Below the pieces are notes generated by a model. The model did no database searches. It saw nothing but the letters and a program-made list of their open reading frames with translations, and was not told the origin of the DNA. Shown here one piece after another: positions 61,114 to 64,000 of a stretch of DNA of 64,000 bases. The translations under genes and the position numbers were made by a program. Source of the DNA: Narcine bancroftii (lineage: Eukaryota); NCBI RefSeq assembly GCF_036971445.1, contig NC_091473.1, positions 243,660,001-243,724,000 on the forward strand, read 5' to 3'. Numbering within the stretch: the first letter of the stretch is position 1; each line of letters starts with the position of its first letter.

Positions 61114-62840
61114 CCATCCTGTTGCTGTGGCTAAGTAGTGGGTTGTCTTTATTTATTTTCATGATGTCTTCTGCGTACAGTAGTTATTGCCACATCCACA
61201 CCTGCCTCCTGAAGAGTGTTTCTGATCTGTCAGACTTTCGTTTGGGGATTTTTTATTCATTATGATGAGAATTCTGTCATGAGCAGTGGAAGTCTTCTTT
61301 GGAATACCTTCCCTTTGTAATTCTTAATGATGTTCCACACTGTTGATTTTGGATAATTCTAAAGTTTAGGTGATGCCTCTTGCTGTTTTATTCTTTTTTT
61401 TCAGCCTCATAATGGTTTCTTTGACTTTCATTGGTCCTCAAGTTGAAAAATGGCAACTACCGTGCCGCCCATAAATTGATTACCATGGATGTGTAAGTTG
61501 TTAGTTAGGTTTTTGTCCAGCTTCTTCAATGGGGAAACCTTTTTTTTTAATGGATTAAGTTCTAGGGCTAAAATCAACCTGTATTTCCAAATCACCTTTC
61601 GTAACCTTGAGATGTCCCAGAGCACCACAAAGGAAATTAAATTCTTACTAAGAAAGTAGAAATTGATTTCCACGTGTCAAAAGAAAAATCACAAAATTTT
61701 ATCTAAGACGATCCATATACTTGTTTAGTGAAAGAAATGCTGGCCCATAATACTGGGATAACTCCCCTATAGTCTTGCAGGACAGATCATGGGATGGTTT
61801 AAGCCTCCATGAGAATTATTTGAGTGAACTAGTCCATGTTGGTGTTTATCTCCTGTCATCTAACCTAGATTGGAATAAATAGATCGTCGAATTGAGTATC
61901 TGAGAATGGCAGGTGACTTCCCAACTCATTATTGCTAATTATGAATTATTGTTATTGTAAAATACATATTCATGCTGCAGATCTGTAACAAATGAGACAA
62001 GTGTAATGATTACTTTATAAAAAAATACCACATCACAAATAAACTTGTCTGAACAACTGGACCCTGATAAATAGGGTAACAGTGTCCTAATGATTGTCTA
62101 CCAGCAGATGGTGCACATGCACCTTGTCTGCTGGTAGCACATTGCACAAATTAAAAATCTACTGTTGTCTGGTATTTCAATATTAAATTGCGTGAATCAC
62201 ATTCTGCATCCTGGAAAAATACATCTTTGCACAGAGTTGTAAGTATTTTCATTCTGCAACTTTGAAACCTTAATTTACTGTAAAAGTGATTGTGTTTGCA
62301 CGAGCTTCTGTAGAGATATGCATTGTGTAAAAGGTGACTGATGATGACTGGGCTAAGAGTCACTGGACAATTAATGTGGTGGGAGAAATGAATTAACATC
62401 ATCATGTACAATAAGGATGGGTGGTGGGGTTGGATGAGTGAAACAGGCTGCTGGGGGAAGCTGGGTGGGTGTTTGGAAGAGGTTGCTGAACATAATTCTG
62501 TAACAGTTTAGGTACATCAGTGAATGCAGGACATTGGAGAAAAGATTTACTGATGAGAAGAGTATCTTTTCCAGCAATGGTTTTATGTGACAGTATTGAG
62601 CAAGCTTCACTCCGAGGATGTGTTTGCTGCTGAGTTGGAATACTAACAGTTCCTTTCTCAGGGTTAATGTGTCTGACTTTCATCAATGTGGATATTCACA
62701 ATGTCCATTCCCATCATCAGTATATAAATACAAATCATTCCCCTCCATTTTTAGCTGAAGAGGATGTGAATTCATTCAGGGATTGCTGCATTTCTCTGAG
62801 ATCTTGCTGCCATCTGAATTTAGTTTCTTCCTTTTCACAG

Positions 62841-63036
62841 GGTTTCCTTGGAAAGTGAATTGACTGACTCTGAGAGATTTCTAGCTGATCCTGTTCCACA
62901 TCCTGAGCTTCCTTGCCCTCTCTTCAGATTTGAGATAAACAGCCGGCTGTCGAGTGAAGAAAGTGATGGCGAGATGACTGAGGAATTGGAGAAGCCAGAC
63001 ATTCACTATTCACGATTGCATCCAAAGCCACTGGCA
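62841..63036 (+). CDS. ATXN7L2: ATXN7L2 coding exon 8 (VSLESELTDS..SRLSSEESDGE..HYSRLHPKPLA); gene continues beyond the window
   Basis: ttcacag acceptor, GCA|gtacgt donor, phases 2/0. Family motifs SR.SSEE and HY...HP.P.A. Confidence 0.92.
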
Positions 63037-64000
63037 GTACGTTCTATTGCAGCTCACCCCCCTGTCTCCACTTCATACTTGTCTTACCAGGAGCATTGAT
63101 GGTTTAAAGTAAATCCTGCACAAAGCAGATGGGGCTGAGAAATGTTTGTAACCTCGCTGCATTATTTAGTGCTTCAGACAAACATTTTTATTTTCCTTGT
63201 ACTGAAGGTGGTTTGTGTGAAATGGTTCTTTTCCCTTCCCCCTTAACCTTGCAAGTATCTCCATGGCAAATTACTTATCCTGATCCAGTTTGAACATTGT
63301 AATTCGATCTACTTCCTCCATCATCCCATCATTCAATGCACTTCAGACCATAACACTTCACTGAAAGAAGTTCTTGTATCTCTTGTTGTTTTGATAGTTA
63401 CAGTAAGTCGATTCCCTGCTTGCCAATTCTACTACCACTGAAACATATTTCTCCCTGTTTAAGATGGAAAAATAGAACTCATTTTTACAGATCTTCTATG
63501 GCCATTTGGCAAGAAGAATTTAGATGGTTGACGATTCTTGTGATATTAAAAAAAATTGTTGTGGACAATTTGCAAACCGTAGTCTCTCCCATTGATGTGG
63601 GTGATGACCAGATAAAGCACATTAGTGATGTTGATCACGGAATAAATTTGTCCAGGATATCAGGAAATTTTCCCTAGTCTTCAAAATTAACGCATGGAAC
63701 ACTTTACGTGGACTTTGGAGGGAGAAAGGACCTTGGTTTAATGTTTCCTCTGGTAGACCGCAATCTCTGACAATGTTGCACACTGATGAACAGGAACAAA
63801 GCACAATGTGCTTTCCCCAGAGGCGGGGAATCAAAGGTCTGTGGCTGGTGGAGATGCTGCCTCACAGCTCCAGTGATCTGGGTTCATTTCTGATCTCGGG
63901 CACTAAATGTGTAGAGTTTGCACTTTTTCCCTGTGACTGGGTGGGTTTCTTCTGGATCCTCTAGTTTTCTCCCAAATCCCAAATGTTAGTAGATTAGATT

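Noticed and set aside
35279-63036. Assignment as ATXN7 or ATXN7L1
   Set aside because: There is no polyQ or long N-terminus. GQSWSSW, CLFVPVVNLEK, the MAxRERA leader and adjacency to a SYPL gene fit ATXN7L2 better.
63650-63800. Possible ancient Deu-domain SINE relic (similar traces near 48860 and 61740)
   Set aside because: Too degenerate to call or delimit without a profile search.

Overview
Vertebrate genomic DNA, not prokaryotic. The repeat complement (HE1/V-SINE-like SINEs, CR1, Penelope, L1/Tx1) suggests a cartilaginous fish; that is an inference. Two spliced + strand genes were reconstructed by hand from GT-AG sites and phase continuity. The first is a complete 6-exon synaptophysin-like MARVEL gene (9577-26129, about 243 aa; SYPL2 by synteny). 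The second is the first 8 coding exons of ATXN7L2 (35279 to beyond the window end). The rest is dense TE debris plus one assembly gap (10253-10461). The most unusual structures are: (1) a young 1.18-kb Gypsy-type mini-element with identical LTRs that carries a third, inverted LTR+PPT copy forming a ~190-bp hairpin, nested in an older solo LTR; (2) a perfectly homogeneous 61 x 27-bp CpG-dense array in SYPL2 intron 3, stop-free in all six frames and preceded by a signal-peptide-like ATG; (3) the conserved first ATG of ATXN7L2 (MAARERA) lying 1 nt out of frame as an overlapping uORF; (4) fold-back Penelope remnants with hammerhead-like cores; (5) an inverted pair of Chapaev3-like transposon ends. 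I found no convincing new multi-gene system. TE family names come from motif recall, not database searches, and TE boundaries without TSDs are approximate.
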